From NCBI GenBank assembly GCA_963777955.1, contig CAVZSQ010000022.1, positions 800,001 to 864,000 of the forward strand: a stretch of 64,000 nt of DNA. The letters are read 5' to 3'. Within the stretch, counting starts at the first letter, position 1; every line of letters begins with the position of its first letter. Made by a program: the position numbers and the translations under genes. This DNA comes from Calditrichia bacterium (GTDB lineage: Bacteria; Calditrichota; Calditrichia; JAJRVZ01). This document shows positions 9,661 through 22,181 of this stretch, one piece after another. A model generated the notes under the pieces. It saw nothing but the letters and a program-made list of their open reading frames with translations. It was not told the DNA's origin and did not search any database.

Positions 9661-10491
9661 ATGGAATTTGATTTCTGGAAAATGCATGGTACCGGAAATG
9701 ATTTTGTCGTGGTGAATAATTTCGATTTACGGTTCTCATCCTGGTCCGTGGAATTTGTGAAGGCGGTCTGCCAATGGCATACCGGTGTGGGTGCGGATGG
9801 ATTGTTGTTGCTGGAACCTTCTGAAAAAGCGGATTTCCGCATGCGCTATTTTAATGCCGACGGCTATGAGTCCAGTATGTGCGTGAATGGCAGCCGTTGC
9901 CTGGCCTATTATGCTTATCAAAACGGGATTATTAAACAGCAAGCCCGTTTTGAAGCCGGAGATGGTGTGCATCGGGTTAAAATCGAAAATCATGAACAGA
10001 TTGCCGTGCAGGTACTATTAAATCCTGTACAGGAAAAGAGAACTTTTCCTGTTGATTTTGCCCTGCCTAAGTTCATAAATTTTAAAAGATTTATAAATAC
10101 AGGTGTTCCGCATCTGGTACTGGAAGTGACGCAGATCCAGCCTATCCCCGTGGCTGAACTCGGCAGAGCCTTGCGCTATCATCCGTATTATCAGCCGGAA
10201 GGAACCAATGTGGATTTTGTAGAAGTTGATCGCGGCAGAAAATCTTTAAAACTGAGAGTACGTACGTATGAACGCGGGGTTGAAGCGGAAACCCTGTCTT
10301 GCGGCAGCGGGGTCACCGCCTCAGCACTTGCTTTTATGAATTATCCCCAGCAGAATAACGAGCGGGTTGAGGTGGAAACCTGGGGTGGAAACCTGACAGT
10401 CATGGTCTCCCGCGAACCGGAGCAAATATATTTACATGGACCTGTGCGAGTAATTTTTAAAGCAAAATATTTAAAGGAGGACAATTCATGA
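9661..10491 (+). CDS. dapF: Diaminopimelate epimerase
   Basis: 'KMHGTGNDF', 'GVGADG', 'NADG..SMCVNGSRC', 'NTGVPH', 'TYERGVEAETLSCGSG'. Confidence 0.96.
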   Translation: MEFDFWKMHGTGNDFVVVNNFDLRFSSWSVEFVKAVCQWHTGVGADGLLLLEPSEKADFRMRYFNADGYESSMCVNGSRCLAYYAYQNGIIKQQARFEAGDGVHRVKIENHEQIAVQVLLNPVQEKRTFPVDFALPKFINFKRFINTGVPHLVLEVTQIQPIPVAELGRALRYHPYYQPEGTNVDFVEVDRGRKSLKLRVRTYERGVEAETLSCGSGVTASALAFMNYPQQNNERVEVETWGGNLTVMVSREPEQIYLHGPVRVIFKAKYLKEDNS

Positions 10492-11441
10492 GACGTTTAG
10501 TATCTTATCTGGTCTTGATGCTGTTCTTTTCTTCCTGCGCCTGGTTTACCAGTAAGCCGGTCAAGGAGGAATCCAAGGTTGTGGAAGTAAAATCAACTAC
10601 CCCCGAGATTGCACCGGAAGTACTTGTTACCGCAGAGAGTCATGTGAGCGATGGGGTAACTTTTTATCAGAATGCTGAATACAATAAGGCAATCGATTCA
10701 TGGAACCAGGCAGTAGAACTGATACCCGGTGATGCCGAATTGCATAATTTTATCGGCATTTCCTATCATAAACTCAATGACCTGAACCAGGCCGAGAAGC
10801 AATTTACAATCGCTACCCACCTGGATTCGACTTACTACGAGGCCTTTAATAATCTGGGCTATGTTCAGTTTCTGCAGGGTGAATATGATGCGGCGGATCT
10901 GGCTTTCCAGAAGGCATTAAATATTAATCCGAATTATGATCCGGCCAAATCGAATTATGAAAAAACAAAAGAAATCGTCAGCGGCAAATTGAATCGCCAG
11001 GTTTTTGAATTAACCGAACAGGCTGAGAAACTGGATGATGTTGATAAAAAGATCGAATATTACCAGACAATAATAAAACTGGATCCGGCGAATGCGGAAA
11101 GTCATAACAATCTTGCCGTAGCTTATTTTTATGCGGATGATCTGGATAGTGCCTATATGCATTTAAATAAAGCCCTGGTCTTGCGCAAGGATTATCCCGA
11201 AGCGTTAAACAACCTGGGGTATATCTACAAACTTGCTGCCCGTTATCCCGAAGCCATTAATCTGTTCCTGAAAGCAATATCGCTTAAACCAAGATATACC
11301 ATTGCCCTCAATAATCTCGGAGAGACTTATATCCTGAACAAAGAAATTGAAAATGCCAGGCGTGTTTTTCAAACGGTGCTGGAAGTGGATCCGCAGGATG
11401 TTTACGCCAGGGATAGTCTGAATAAATTAAAGATTCAATAA
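10488..11441 (+). CDS. Tetratricopeptide-repeat lipoprotein
   Basis: Lipobox 'FSSC'; many TPR units ('EAFNNLGY', 'EALNNLGY', 'IALNNLGE'). Confidence 0.88.
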   Translation: MRRLVSYLVLMLFFSSCAWFTSKPVKEESKVVEVKSTTPEIAPEVLVTAESHVSDGVTFYQNAEYNKAIDSWNQAVELIPGDAELHNFIGISYHKLNDLNQAEKQFTIATHLDSTYYEAFNNLGYVQFLQGEYDAADLAFQKALNINPNYDPAKSNYEKTKEIVSGKLNRQVFELTEQAEKLDDVDKKIEYYQTIIKLDPANAESHNNLAVAYFYADDLDSAYMHLNKALVLRKDYPEALNNLGYIYKLAARYPEAINLFLKAISLKPRYTIALNNLGETYILNKEIENARRVFQTVLEVDPQDVYARDSLNKLKIQ

Positions 11442-11449
11442 GGCCGATC

Positions 11450-12527
11450 ATGTATATTATTCTGATGGCCGGAGGTGTCGGCACGCGTTTCTGGCCGATG
11501 AGCAGAAAAACCCGACCAAAGCAGACTTTTGCATATTGTCGGTACCAAGTCGATGTTACGACTGACTTATGAACGTATTGCGACACTGGTTAAACCTGAA
11601 AAGATATTAGTCATTACCAACCAGGATCAAAAAAGTCAGATAGTAAAGCAGTTACCGGAAGTACCTGTTGAAAATATTATCGCCGAACCTTCCGGGCGTA
11701 ATACGGCTCCCTGCGTGGCCCTGGCCAGTGCCATTATTTCAGCCAGAGAAAATGACCGGGAGGTGATGGTCGTGCTGCCGGCAGATCATCTGGTAGCCGA
11801 TGCGGAAAATTTTCAGCGCACCATCCAGATTGGAGCAAAATATGCAGCTAACAATGAATGCCTGCTGACCCTGGGTATTCATCCCCGCTCCCCGGAAACG
11901 GGGTATGGTTATGTACAGATGAACAAGAAAATTTTTGAACAGGAAGACAGAGAATTTTATCGTGTCAAGACTTTTGCTGAAAAACCAAATCTGGAAACTG
12001 CGGTTTTGTTTCTGAAAAGCGGTGATTTTTTATGGAATAGCGGCATCTTTATCTGGTCGGTGCAGTCTATTATTCAGGCTTTTCAGGAACATCTTCCTGA
12101 ATTAGGTATTGACCTGCTAAAAATCCGTGAAGCTGTGGGCCAGGCGAATTTTGATGAAGTTGTCAACGATGTCTATTCACGGACCAAATCGGTTTCAATC
12201 GATTACGGTATCATGGAAGTCGCAAAAAAGGTATGTGTGCTAAAAGCAAATTTTGACTGGAATGACCTGGGCTCCTGGGAAGCGGTTTATAATATCTCCC
12301 CCGGCGATAGTCATGGTAATGTGGTCCATAGTAAGGAACATGTCCTGATCAATGCCAAAAATAATTATTTTTATTCTCAGAAGAAACTGATTGCCGCTGT
12401 TAATATCGAAGGATTGATAGTGGTGGAAATGGATGATGCCCTGTTAATCTGCAAAAAGGAGGATTCGCAGGAAGTCAAAGCGGTGGTGGATCAGTTGAGC
12501 AGAAAGGGAATGAGTTCTTACTTATAA
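11450..12527 (+). CDS. manC: Mannose-1-phosphate guanylyltransferase (split by a +1 indel at ~11525)
   Basis: ATG 11450 gives 'MYIILMAGGVGTRFWPMSRKTRPKQ'; next frame has 'EPSGRNTAPC', 'PADH', 'PETGYGY', 'FAEKP', 'WNSGIF', 'SIDYGIME', 'WNDLGSW'. Confidence 0.92.
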
Positions 12528-12569
12528 GCGATTCCGCTGCTAAATCGGATTTACCGTTTGTTAATATGC

Positions 12570-12845
12570 ATGAGTGCAGAGATCCTTAAAGAACTGGAAA
12601 AATTACTGAAAGAATTTTCCGTCGAAATAAAGTATGGTAAAGGATACTTTGACGGCGGACTTTACCGTTACCGGGATAGTAGGTATATTTATTTGAATCG
12701 GGCAAATTCTGAGGAGTATAATATAGAAGTACTTTTAACGGAAATTAAAAAAATGGATTGGCAGAGTTTGGAATGTAATCCGGTCATCAAAGAGCTCCTG
12801 ACTAAATCTGATCAAAACTTGGAGGAACAAAGTAATGTCATTTAA
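12570..12845 (+). CDS. Small hypothetical protein
   Basis: Fills the operon gap and overlaps the next gene; 'KGYFDGGLY' motif. Confidence 0.6.
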   Translation: MSAEILKELEKLLKEFSVEIKYGKGYFDGGLYRYRDSRYIYLNRANSEEYNIEVLLTEIKKMDWQSLECNPVIKELLTKSDQNLEEQSNVI

Positions 12846-13173
12846 AGATCGCAAGTCAACCCGTGCAGAATCGGATCAGTTTATTTCCTATCGTGCGTAT
12901 GATTCGAATAACAGGATTTGTGATGAGGGCATGGCGAAAACCAGAGATATCAGCCGGACAGGCGTGTCGGTGGAAAACAGAAAACCACTGGAAGTGGGCG
13001 CCAGAGTGGAACTTACCATCGCCCTGATTGAGGATGTCATAAAAACCGAAAGTGTGGTACGTAACGTTAAGAAAGCGGATGATCAAACGTATTATATCGG
13101 TTTGGAATTTACCAGGATCTCCGACGAAGAACTCGATAAACTGAGTAAAGAATTCCCAAATCTGATTGAATGA
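12835..13173 (+). CDS. Single-domain PilZ protein (c-di-GMP receptor)
   Basis: RxxxR ('RKSTR') and DxSxxG ('DISRTG') motifs; 'IGLEF' end; GGAGG SD. Confidence 0.85.
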   Translation: MSFKDRKSTRAESDQFISYRAYDSNNRICDEGMAKTRDISRTGVSVENRKPLEVGARVELTIALIEDVIKTESVVRNVKKADDQTYYIGLEFTRISDEELDKLSKEFPNLIE

Positions 13174-15410
13174 AAATATATAAAACAGTCTGTGTATTTT
13201 TTTTATTAATCTTTTGTCACGCAGGTAATTCACAGACTTCGCTCACCTTGAGGGACCAGGGTTATTGCGGTACCCCCCAGCATCAGTTAAATACTGAAAA
13301 CCTTTCCAATCTATCGATTCGCACCAGCGGGCTGTCTGAACCCCAGCGTCATTACCTGCCGAAAAAATCCTACAACATCGGGGAAAGTGCCTTATTTTAT
13401 ACCTATAATTTTGTCGATGAAAAATATCAGCAGGTAAACGCCACCCTGCGCGGCAGTATGGATCGGCTTAATATCTGGGTGGAAGATGCGGAATGGAATA
13501 ACTTTCATGTAATAGCCAGCGATGTCCAGAATATTTTAAGCGGTTTGCTGGTACTCAACTCCTGCCGGCAGCATTTCTCCGGACGCTGGGCATCATTTAT
13601 ATCATCCATGAATATTTCGGTCAGCCGCCCGATTTTGATGGAGACGGCTACACTGATTTTCTGATCACCGATATTAAAGAAGGCTGGACTGAAGGGGAAG
13701 CCTTCGTGGCCGGGTATTTTAATCCGGTAGATCAATATCTCAATGGTACGGTAATCGCTAATGGCCGGATCTCCGGATCAAATGAACGCGATATACTTTA
13801 TATCGACTCGAATCCCGGAATTTTCGCCCAGAGCGACGATCCTTATCAACAGGTCCTGGCTACCATGACACACGAGTACCAGCATCTGATCGAGTACAGG
13901 TACGATCGCGACGAAGAAACCTGGGTGAATGAGGGACTTTCTGAGTTATCCAGTTTTTTGTGCGGGTATGAATTACGCAATCCTTCGGCCTATCTGCTGG
14001 ATCCCGGCATCGATTTGACCGCCTGGGATAATTCACTTGACCAGGCCTTAAAACATTATGCTAAAGTGGCCTTGTGGACATATTATCTGTATGAAAAACT
14101 GGGCGGACCTTTAATCGGAGCACTTGCCCGGACGCCGGCAAAAGGGATTGCCGGAATCAACAGCGCTTTGCTGCAACAGGCATTTACCATTTCTTTTTCC
14201 CAGTTATTGCCGGATTTCTTCATGGCCATTACCCTGAATGACGCTTCTGCTAATCCCTTATATGGATTCAATTATGAGCGTCTGCTTGATTTAACTGCGG
14301 TTCCGCTGAAAACCGTAGTTGATTATCCTGCAGATATATCCCAGGTTCAACCACCTTATTCACTGCAATTATATTCCCTGGAAAACGGTGATTCATTACA
14401 GGTTCAATTCTTTTCTTTACCTGCCAACAACGTGCGCTTTATGCTGAAAAAGGATAACAGCGGTGGAAGTTACCCTGGCAGATCTAGGCGGAAATAATTA
14501 CCAGGATCCCCAGTTCGGTACAATCTGGCAGCAAGAAAAGATGATGATCATAAATAACAGCGCCAGCAGTGCGGTATCAGCCTTCAATGCACTGGCCGGT
14601 CAAAAATATTATGTAAACAGTCTTGGTTACAGTACAACTACCGCGGCCGACCTGAATATTATCTCCACCGCTACGATTCCCGCTAATCAATTTTCGGCAC
14701 CATATGATAGTTGTATTCTGAAATCGGTCAGTTTCAACAGCCTGCAATCGACCGGACCGGTACGCCTACACGTCTACCTGCAGCAATTACAGGAAGGAAA
14801 TGATCCTGCGGAAATCACGGCTGAATTCAGTAATGTTCTGGAAAGTGAATGGACTACACTCAATCTGGAACATCTGCAGATCAGTCGCGATAAGGGAGAA
14901 ACCTTCGACCTGGGAATTGAATTTTTAGAATACGGGGTCCTGGGCTATTCAAGAACGCCGGCAGGTCTGGACCGGTCGTTTCTTAAAAGAAGTTCAGATC
15001 CGGCATTTATGCTGCTGAGTAGTTTTGAAATTAATAACGAAACCCTGGATGGCATCTGGCTGATCAAAATGGAATACCAGGCCCCCCTGCATAACAAACC
15101 GGCCCGCACCGATGATAAAGTTCCCTACACGATTAACTTTTTGGGTCCGACTCCCTTCCCAACTCCCGGAAATCCTGCCATGCGCATTCAATACACCCTG
15201 GGAAAACCCGGGCAGGTCAAAATTGAAATATTTAATATTCTGGGTGAAGTGGTTAAAATAGTTTTCAACGGTTATGAACAGGGTCCGCTGGGAGTGCACT
15301 GGTGGGATGGCACAAATAACAATCAAAATCAAGCCGCCTCCGGACAATATTTTTTACGCTTCACCTTTAATAATCAGGGCGAAAGCCGGAAAATATTGAT
15401 TTTACGTTAA
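13170..15410 (+). CDS. Secreted zinc metalloprotease (M30/gluzincin-like) with C-terminal FlgD-Ig/T9SS-type domain; several indels
   Basis: Signal peptide; 'FGQPPDFDGDG', 'AGYFNP.D', 'SNERDILYID', 'HEYQH', 'WVNEGLSE'; C-terminal 'IEIFNILGE..WDGTN..ASGQYF'. Frame changes near 13550-13600 and 14465. Confidence 0.75.
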
Positions 15411-15570
15411 TAGATATTTAGTAAAATTTGATACAGGTCATATCTATTTTCTGCAAAGTAATATAGATTAGATTAAGCGGGCAAAATAACGTTCAGCGCC
15501 AAATATTCAATTTAAAAGTAATCAGGACTAATCAGGTGTCGAAAATAGTTTTAGATACCATCCAGTTAAA

Positions 15571-16062
15571 GTGAGGTTGCTAATGATAATCAGGTGGGAT
15601 TATTTAATAATTTTATTACTATTTTTTGGACTGGGGCTGCAGAATTGTTGTACCAGCCGCAATTCTTCACCGCCGCAACAGGACACGTCAACAACAGTCG
15701 CAGCACCTCCGGTTCTCCCACCGGCACCGGTCAATTTACCGCCGGGTGTAGCGCGAATCGTGGCTTTACCAATGTCTGTGGAACGTCAGGAATCTGCATC
15801 TTTTTGCATCCTGAGAGTCGAAAAGGTGGTGGGTTATGGGATGTCCACGCCGCTGGTAACGGTCGGATCGGAAATCCGGGTGGAAATGGGGATTGAACAG
15901 GATCAGCAGCAGATGGAACAATTCAATTCTGCCTTACAACAGAAATCTCCGGTAACACTGACCCTGCGCTCCTCAGCAGAAAAGGCTGCAGAAGTCAAAG
16001 GTTCAGGCTGGAAGGTTGTGGGCATCGATAAAACGTCAGTTACTAAATCACCAGAGGAATAA
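15571..16062 (+). CDS. Hypothetical lipoprotein
   Basis: Hydrophobic N-terminus with 'LQNCC' lipobox, Pro-rich linker and a small beta domain. Confidence 0.65.
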   Translation: MRLLMIIRWDYLIILLLFFGLGLQNCCTSRNSSPPQQDTSTTVAAPPVLPPAPVNLPPGVARIVALPMSVERQESASFCILRVEKVVGYGMSTPLVTVGSEIRVEMGIEQDQQQMEQFNSALQQKSPVTLTLRSSAEKAAEVKGSGWKVVGIDKTSVTKSPEE

Positions 16063-16065
16063 AAA

Positions 16066-18872
16066 ATGTTACGCAAATGTGGATTCATTACTCTTACTAT
16101 ATTGCTTGTTTTATTGCTGGTAGTAATCAGGGTGGACCAGGGCGGGAAGAAAGCCGGTGGACCACCGGTTTTCCCCCGTGTCCGTTCGGTCGAATCACCC
16201 CATGCTTCCAAGGAAATGAAAGATTCCCGCTGGGCCTATTTTAAGCGCCTGTTACGTGATCCGGCTACAGGTGAGATTCCTGCAGATATCAGGCAGAAGG
16301 AACTGGAGTATGCACGTAGTTTACCTCATAGTTCTATGGCCCTGCGCAAAGGAATGAACGCTGCCAGTGTTACCTGGCAGGAAGCAGGTCCCAACGATGT
16401 CGGCGGCCGGACCAGGGCACTGGTTGTCGATGTGGCGAATTCCAATACGATCCTGGCCGGCGGCGTTTCCGGCGGGATCTGGAAATCCACGGATAACGGA
16501 ACGACCTGGGTCCTGAAAAACAGTCCGGCCCACAGTCTGAGTGTGACCTCCCTGGCACAGGATACCCGCACGGGATATACCAGTAACTGGTACTATGCCA
16601 CCGGAGAATTTGTAGGTAATTCTGCCAGTGATCGCGGTTATATGGCGGTATTCAGGGGTACAGGTATCTATAAATCTACAGATAATGGCGAGACCTGGAA
16701 TGTTTTACCAAATACTGAGACATTGCCGACTGGCTGGTATTCGGCTTATAATTATGTGACCAGGATTGTGGTCAGTCCCATTAACGGATATGTTTTTGCG
16801 GCCAGTAATGGACTGGGCATTTTCCGCTCGACAAACGGAGGCAGTAACTTCAGTCTTGTTCTGGGCGGAACAAATGATCACTATTATTGTGATGTGGTGG
16901 TGACCAGTACGGGAACTTTAGTAGGCAGTTTATCGGAGTTCGGATATAATCCTAGTGCCAAGGGCAGATCAACCGGGTATTTATAAATCGACTAATGATG
17001 GGACCGATTGGACACCAATTACGCCAACGACCTTCCCGGCTGCATCATGAACGGACTGTCCTGGCGACGGCTCCATCCGATCCTGATGTTGTTTATGCCC
17101 TGACCAACACCGGTGGATATGTGGGTGACGAAGAGGATATCCGGTTTCATAAAATAACGATTTCTACCGGCGCCTCGGCCGATCGTTCGGCTAATCTTCC
17201 TGATTATGGCGGTACGGGTAATTTTAATACGCAGGGAAATTATAATATGGTGGTGGCGGTTAAACCGGATGATCCTAATTTTGTCATTCTCGGTGTCACC
17301 AACCTGTTCCGTTCTACGGACGGTTTTGCTACTACCCCTGCCGATGAATACTACACCTGGATCGGCGGATATCACTGGGATGCTGATAAGTGGCAGTATC
17401 CCAACCAGCATGCCGATCAGCATGTTATCGCCTTCGATCCGACCGATCCCAAAAAAATGTGGTGCGGACACGATGGCGGACTCAGTTATACAACCGATAT
17501 CACCACCGTTTCCGACTCCGATACCGATTTTCCGTGGGTGGATAAAAATAAGGGTTATAATGTAACCCAGTTTTATACCGTTACGATACATGATGAAGCC
17601 GGAAATAACCAGTTGATGGGTGGAACCCAGGATAATGGAACGCCATTTTTTATCAGAACTACCACTACCACAGCTCTCGACTGATATAAGTACCGGCGAC
17701 GGTGCTTATGCTTATTTTGGAAACTCATATGCATATACTTCCTCCCAGTTAGGCCGGGTATTACGACTCAGTTATTACGGGAATGGTAATCCGCAAATTG
17801 CCTCTAACTGGAGTGATATCACTCCGCTCGACGCCGCCAATCAATTATTTATAAATCCTTTTGCGGTGGATCCGAACAATGAAGATTGTATGTATTATCT
17901 GACCCAGGCTGCTATCTGGCGTAATGATCAACTTGGCAGTATTCCAATGTACCAGAACGGCACATCTACGGGTTGGTTGCAATTATCCAATCTAACCGTT
18001 CCCGCCGGATATAGTATAACTACGCTGGCGAGTCTCGCGGCAGAATAGCGCCAGCGTACTGTATTACGGTGCGAGTCCGGACGCCAGTACTGATCCGGCC
18101 AGGATATACCGTCTTGAAAATGCTACGGCTGCTACTGATGGCGAAGTAGGTTATACTTTACCAGCATCATCCAATGGCGGGTATGTGCATCGTATCGCTA
18201 TAAATCCTGCGAATTCCAATGAAATTCTGGTGGTGTTATCGAATTATAAATTAGTCGGATTATATCATTCCAGCAATGGGGGACAGAGTTTTACCGCTGT
18301 TGAGGGAAATTTGGTGGGTACTGAGAGCAACGGTCCTTCGCTGCGCTCGGCTACGATTTTGCCCTTACCCGCCACGACGATTTATTTTTTAGGTACCAGT
18401 ACCGGCGTCTATTCCACCAATCTGTTGGACGGATCGTCTACCATCTGGAGTCAGGAAGGTGCAGATGAAATTGGCAATGTGGTGGTGGAAGATATCACTT
18501 CCCGTACTTCTGATTATAAAGTGGCAGCCGGAACTCATGGCCGGGGTATTTTTATCGCAACTTATAGTCCGGCAGAGGTCGGAGATGAAGATTCAAACGG
18601 GTTACCGGATGCTTTCCAAATGAGTCAGAATTATCCCAATCCGTTTAATCCGGCAACGACCATTGAATATGTGCTGCCCGCGGCACAGCATGTTGTTTTA
18701 AAAGTGTACGACATGCTGGGAAAGGAAGTCGATCAGATTATTAATTCCGCTGTACCGGCCGGCACACATAAAATTCAATATCAACCGCAATCTCTGGCTT
18801 CCGGTGTTTATGTTTACATGATTGACCGCTGGACCGTACCGGGCTGCGAAAAAATTTGTTTTAATACGGTAA
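16066..18872 (+). CDS. Secreted BNR/Asp-box (VPS10/GH74-like) beta-propeller protein with T9SS type A C-terminal domain; several indels
   Basis: 'GPNDVGGRTRAL', repeated 'KSTDNG.TW', 'HADQH', 'QFY', 'GGTQDNGT', 'AAGTHGRG'; tail 'SQNYPNPFNPATTIEY...KKFVLIR*' (stop 18870-18872). Spread over four ORF-track pieces. Confidence 0.8.
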
Positions 18873-18879
18873 ATTTAAT

Positions 18880-18912
18880 CCACCTCCGAGGTTCTGATAA
18901 CCTCGGAGGTGG
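18880..18912. terminator. Perfect 14-bp hairpin between convergent genes (bidirectional terminator / REP-like doublet)
   Basis: CCACCTCCGAGGTT-ctgat-AACCTCGGAGGTGG with A/T-rich flanks on both sides. Confidence 0.75.
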
Positions 18913-18920
18913 TTTGAATT

Positions 18921-21900
18921 TTATCGTTGCGGATACGGTGGAACCGGCGGGATTGTTTTTTCTGTTGGTTTTCAATTCTGTCAATAATCACTTCAATCAG
19001 CTTTATTCAATTGTTGATCGATGCCGGCAAATTCCTGAGCCGGATCATTGTCGACGTAAATATCCGGTTCAACCCCGACACCTTCGATGATCCAACTTTT
19101 ACCATCGGCGCCGAAAGGAGCAAACTCCGGTTTATATAAATACCCGCCGTCCAGCAAAGGTAAGGTTCCGCGAATTCCTACCACACCGCCCCAGGTGCGC
19201 TTACCAATCACCTGGCCCAATTTATATTGTTTAAAGCGATAGGTCACGATATCGCCGTCAGAGGCCGAGAATTCATCGGCCAACATTACCTGGGGGCCAT
19301 ATAACATTCCTCCCGGATCGGTGCCGGGAGCCGTATTTCGGGCAAATTCGAACATAACGAGTTCACGGCGCAATCGTTCAATAATCATCGCTGATACACT
19401 GCCGCCGCCATTACCCCGGACATCGATAATCAAAGCCTTCTTGCGCAGCTGGGGATAATAATGTTTAACAAATTCATTTAATCCACCCACACCCATATCT
19501 GGAATATGGATGTACCCGACTTTGCCGGCACTGGCCAGGTTGACCTTTTCGATATTAGCCTGCACCCAGTCATAGTAATACAGATCACTTTCATCAGCGA
19601 CAGGCTCGACGAGCACTTCCCTGGCTCCCTCAGTTTTGGGTGCTGAATTCAGGGTTAAGCTTACCTGTTTTCCGGCAGTATTAATCAGCACGGAATAGAT
19701 GTTGGTCAGAGTATTGGTCAGCTGGCCATTGATGCTGATTATATAATCTCCTGCCCGGGCATTGACTCCGATGGCGGTTAAAGGTGAACGTAAGGCTTTG
19801 TCCCAATTCTGGCCGGCCAGGATTTTCTCGATTCGATAAAATCCGCTGGTTGCATCCCTGCTCAATACGGCACCCAGCAGACCGGTTTTGATTTTCCTGG
19901 GTTCCGGTTTATCCCCGCCGCCTACGTAGGTATGACCGGTACTCAGTTCACCGATCATTTCGCCGATCAGGTAGGTCAGGTCGGCACGATGATTGACATA
20001 ATTTACCAATGGTTGATACTTATTATATACTCCGGTCCAATCTAGGCCATGCATATTCGGAGCATAATAGAATTCCCGCATCTGGCGCCATGATTCTTTG
20101 AAGATCTGCTGCCATTCTTTTTTATGGTCCAGTTCTATTTCCAGGGCCGAGAGATTCAGAGATTCCTTTATTTCAATTTTTGCTTTGGGTAAATCGATAA
20201 TGCTGTATTTATTCTCCGCTCCCACCAGCATTTTTTTCTGATCGGCAGATATTTCATATCCGTTGAATTGGCCCAGTTCAGTCTCTTTCTGTTCTTTCAG
20301 ATCATATAAGAATAATAAGGATTTTTCATCCTTGCTGCTACGGCGCAGATAATACAAGGCATCACCGGCCGAACCCAGGTTATTATAATCTGCTGACTGT
20401 ATCGGCAGATCGGCGATGCGGGTGACAATGCCATCGAAATCAATTTTTACCACTGTTTCTTTTTTAACCTTGTCTTCAGCATCATCTTTTTTATCAGCAG
20501 CTGTTTTAGATTCTGTTTTGGTCAATTCGACTTCATCGCTTTTCAATTTAAACGGTGATTCGATATCTTTGGCCAGGGTCAGCAGATAGATACGGGACAT
20601 GTCCAGGTAGGCATGATTATATTCAGTCTGGCTGAAGACAGGTTTGAAGTCGCGATCAGAGCTGAAGAAAATATATTTCCCGTCGGAACTGAAAATGGGA
20701 TTTGCTGAACTATACCAGCCTTCGGTAACGGGCAGAGATTTTTTCGATTCCAGAGAATAAATATAAATGCGGTTCATTACTTCCAATTCCGGTTTGGTAT
20801 ACGTGATCCATTTACTATCCGGCGACCAGTTATAATTACTGAATTCCCAGGCCTCAGCCTGGTCGACTTCACTGATAGCGGAAGTAGATATATCAATATA
20901 GCGGAGACGCAGACGTTTATCGGCCCAGAGTATTTTTTTGCTGTCGGGTGACCAATAGATCTGGTACAGGTAGGTCTCATTATTTTTGGTGATCTGGCGG
21001 GCTGGAGTTTTACCGTCCTGCGCCTGGATAGAGATCTGATCTTCGCCGCTGGCATCGGAAATGAACGCGATCCATTTTCCATCTGGTGACCACTTGGAAT
21101 TGCGTTCGTGTACGGCGGGGCTGGCGGTAATATTACGGGTAACGCCGGTTTTAACGGGTACGGTGAATATTTCACCGCGGGCGCCAAAGAGGGCTCTCTT
21201 GCCATCGGGTGAAATTTCGTAATTGCTTATTTTATCGGCAACCGCTACGATCACGCTCCGGCCGGTCGACAGGTCTTCCCTCAGATATACCGGTACCTTT
21301 GCCGTCAGTTCGGTAGCCAGATCAAAACGGTAGATATATCCTCCGTTTTCAAAAACGATGGCCTGGTCACCCAGGGAGGGAAACTTTATGTCATAATCCG
21401 CAAAGGCGGTTAAAACACGGGTCTGCTTGTTGTTAAGATCGTAAACATAGAGATTCATCCGTTTGTTTTCATCACGGTCGGATAAGAAATATATTTTATC
21501 TCCCTGCCACATGGGAATAATATCCGAGGCAGGATTAGTGGTGATGTTTTCAATTTTTTTTGTATCAAAATCATAAATCCAGATGTCATCGGCCATACCG
21601 CCACGGTAGCGTTTCCAGGTCCGAAATTCTCGGAAGATCCGGTTATAAGCCATTTTTTTGTCGTCAGGTGAAAAAGTGCAGAATCCGCCCCGCGGCAACG
21701 GCAATTGCTGCGCCAGGCCACCCTCTTTGGCCACGGAAAATAGAGCGCCGTTAAAATCATTATAGGAGTACATGCGGGAACGGAAAACAATCGATTGGTT
21801 ATCATTTTTCCAGGCCATGACGATATTATTGGGTCCCATCCGGTCGGAAACATCGTCCCGGCCCAGGGTGGCAGTAAAAGTCAACCGCTGCGGAACGCCG

Positions 21901-22181
21901 CCTTCGGCCGGAATTAAATACACCTCGGTATTACCGTCATATTGCCCGGTAAAAGCAATATGTTTTCCGTCCGGTGAAAAACGGGCGAACATTTCGAATC
22001 CTTCATGACTGGTCAATTTGCGGGCCACACCACCGGTAGCGGGCACTGTATATAAATCACCGGCATAGGTGAATACCAGTTGATTGCCATGAATAGCAGG
22101 GAAGCGCAACAGGCCTGTTTCGTTCTGCGCGTTAAGTGCGCTAATGAGCATTAAAACCAACAGCAGATAGATGGACTTCAT
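18921..22181 (-). CDS. Tricorn protease homologue (peptidase S41, PD40 propellers + PDZ), exported; C-terminal indels
   Basis: Signal peptide; 'LLRFPAI', 'WKRYRGG', 'GELSTGHTY', 'GYIHIPDM', 'DVRGNGGG', 'SASDGD', 'GKRTWGGVVG'. The true end '...IPPVPPYPQR*' lies at 18921 in a shifted frame. Confidence 0.93.

Noticed and set aside
18873..19090. C-terminal extension of ORF 18185..19090
   Set aside because: Caused by an indel near 18825; the real CTD ends 'KKFVLIR*' at 18872, before the terminator hairpin.
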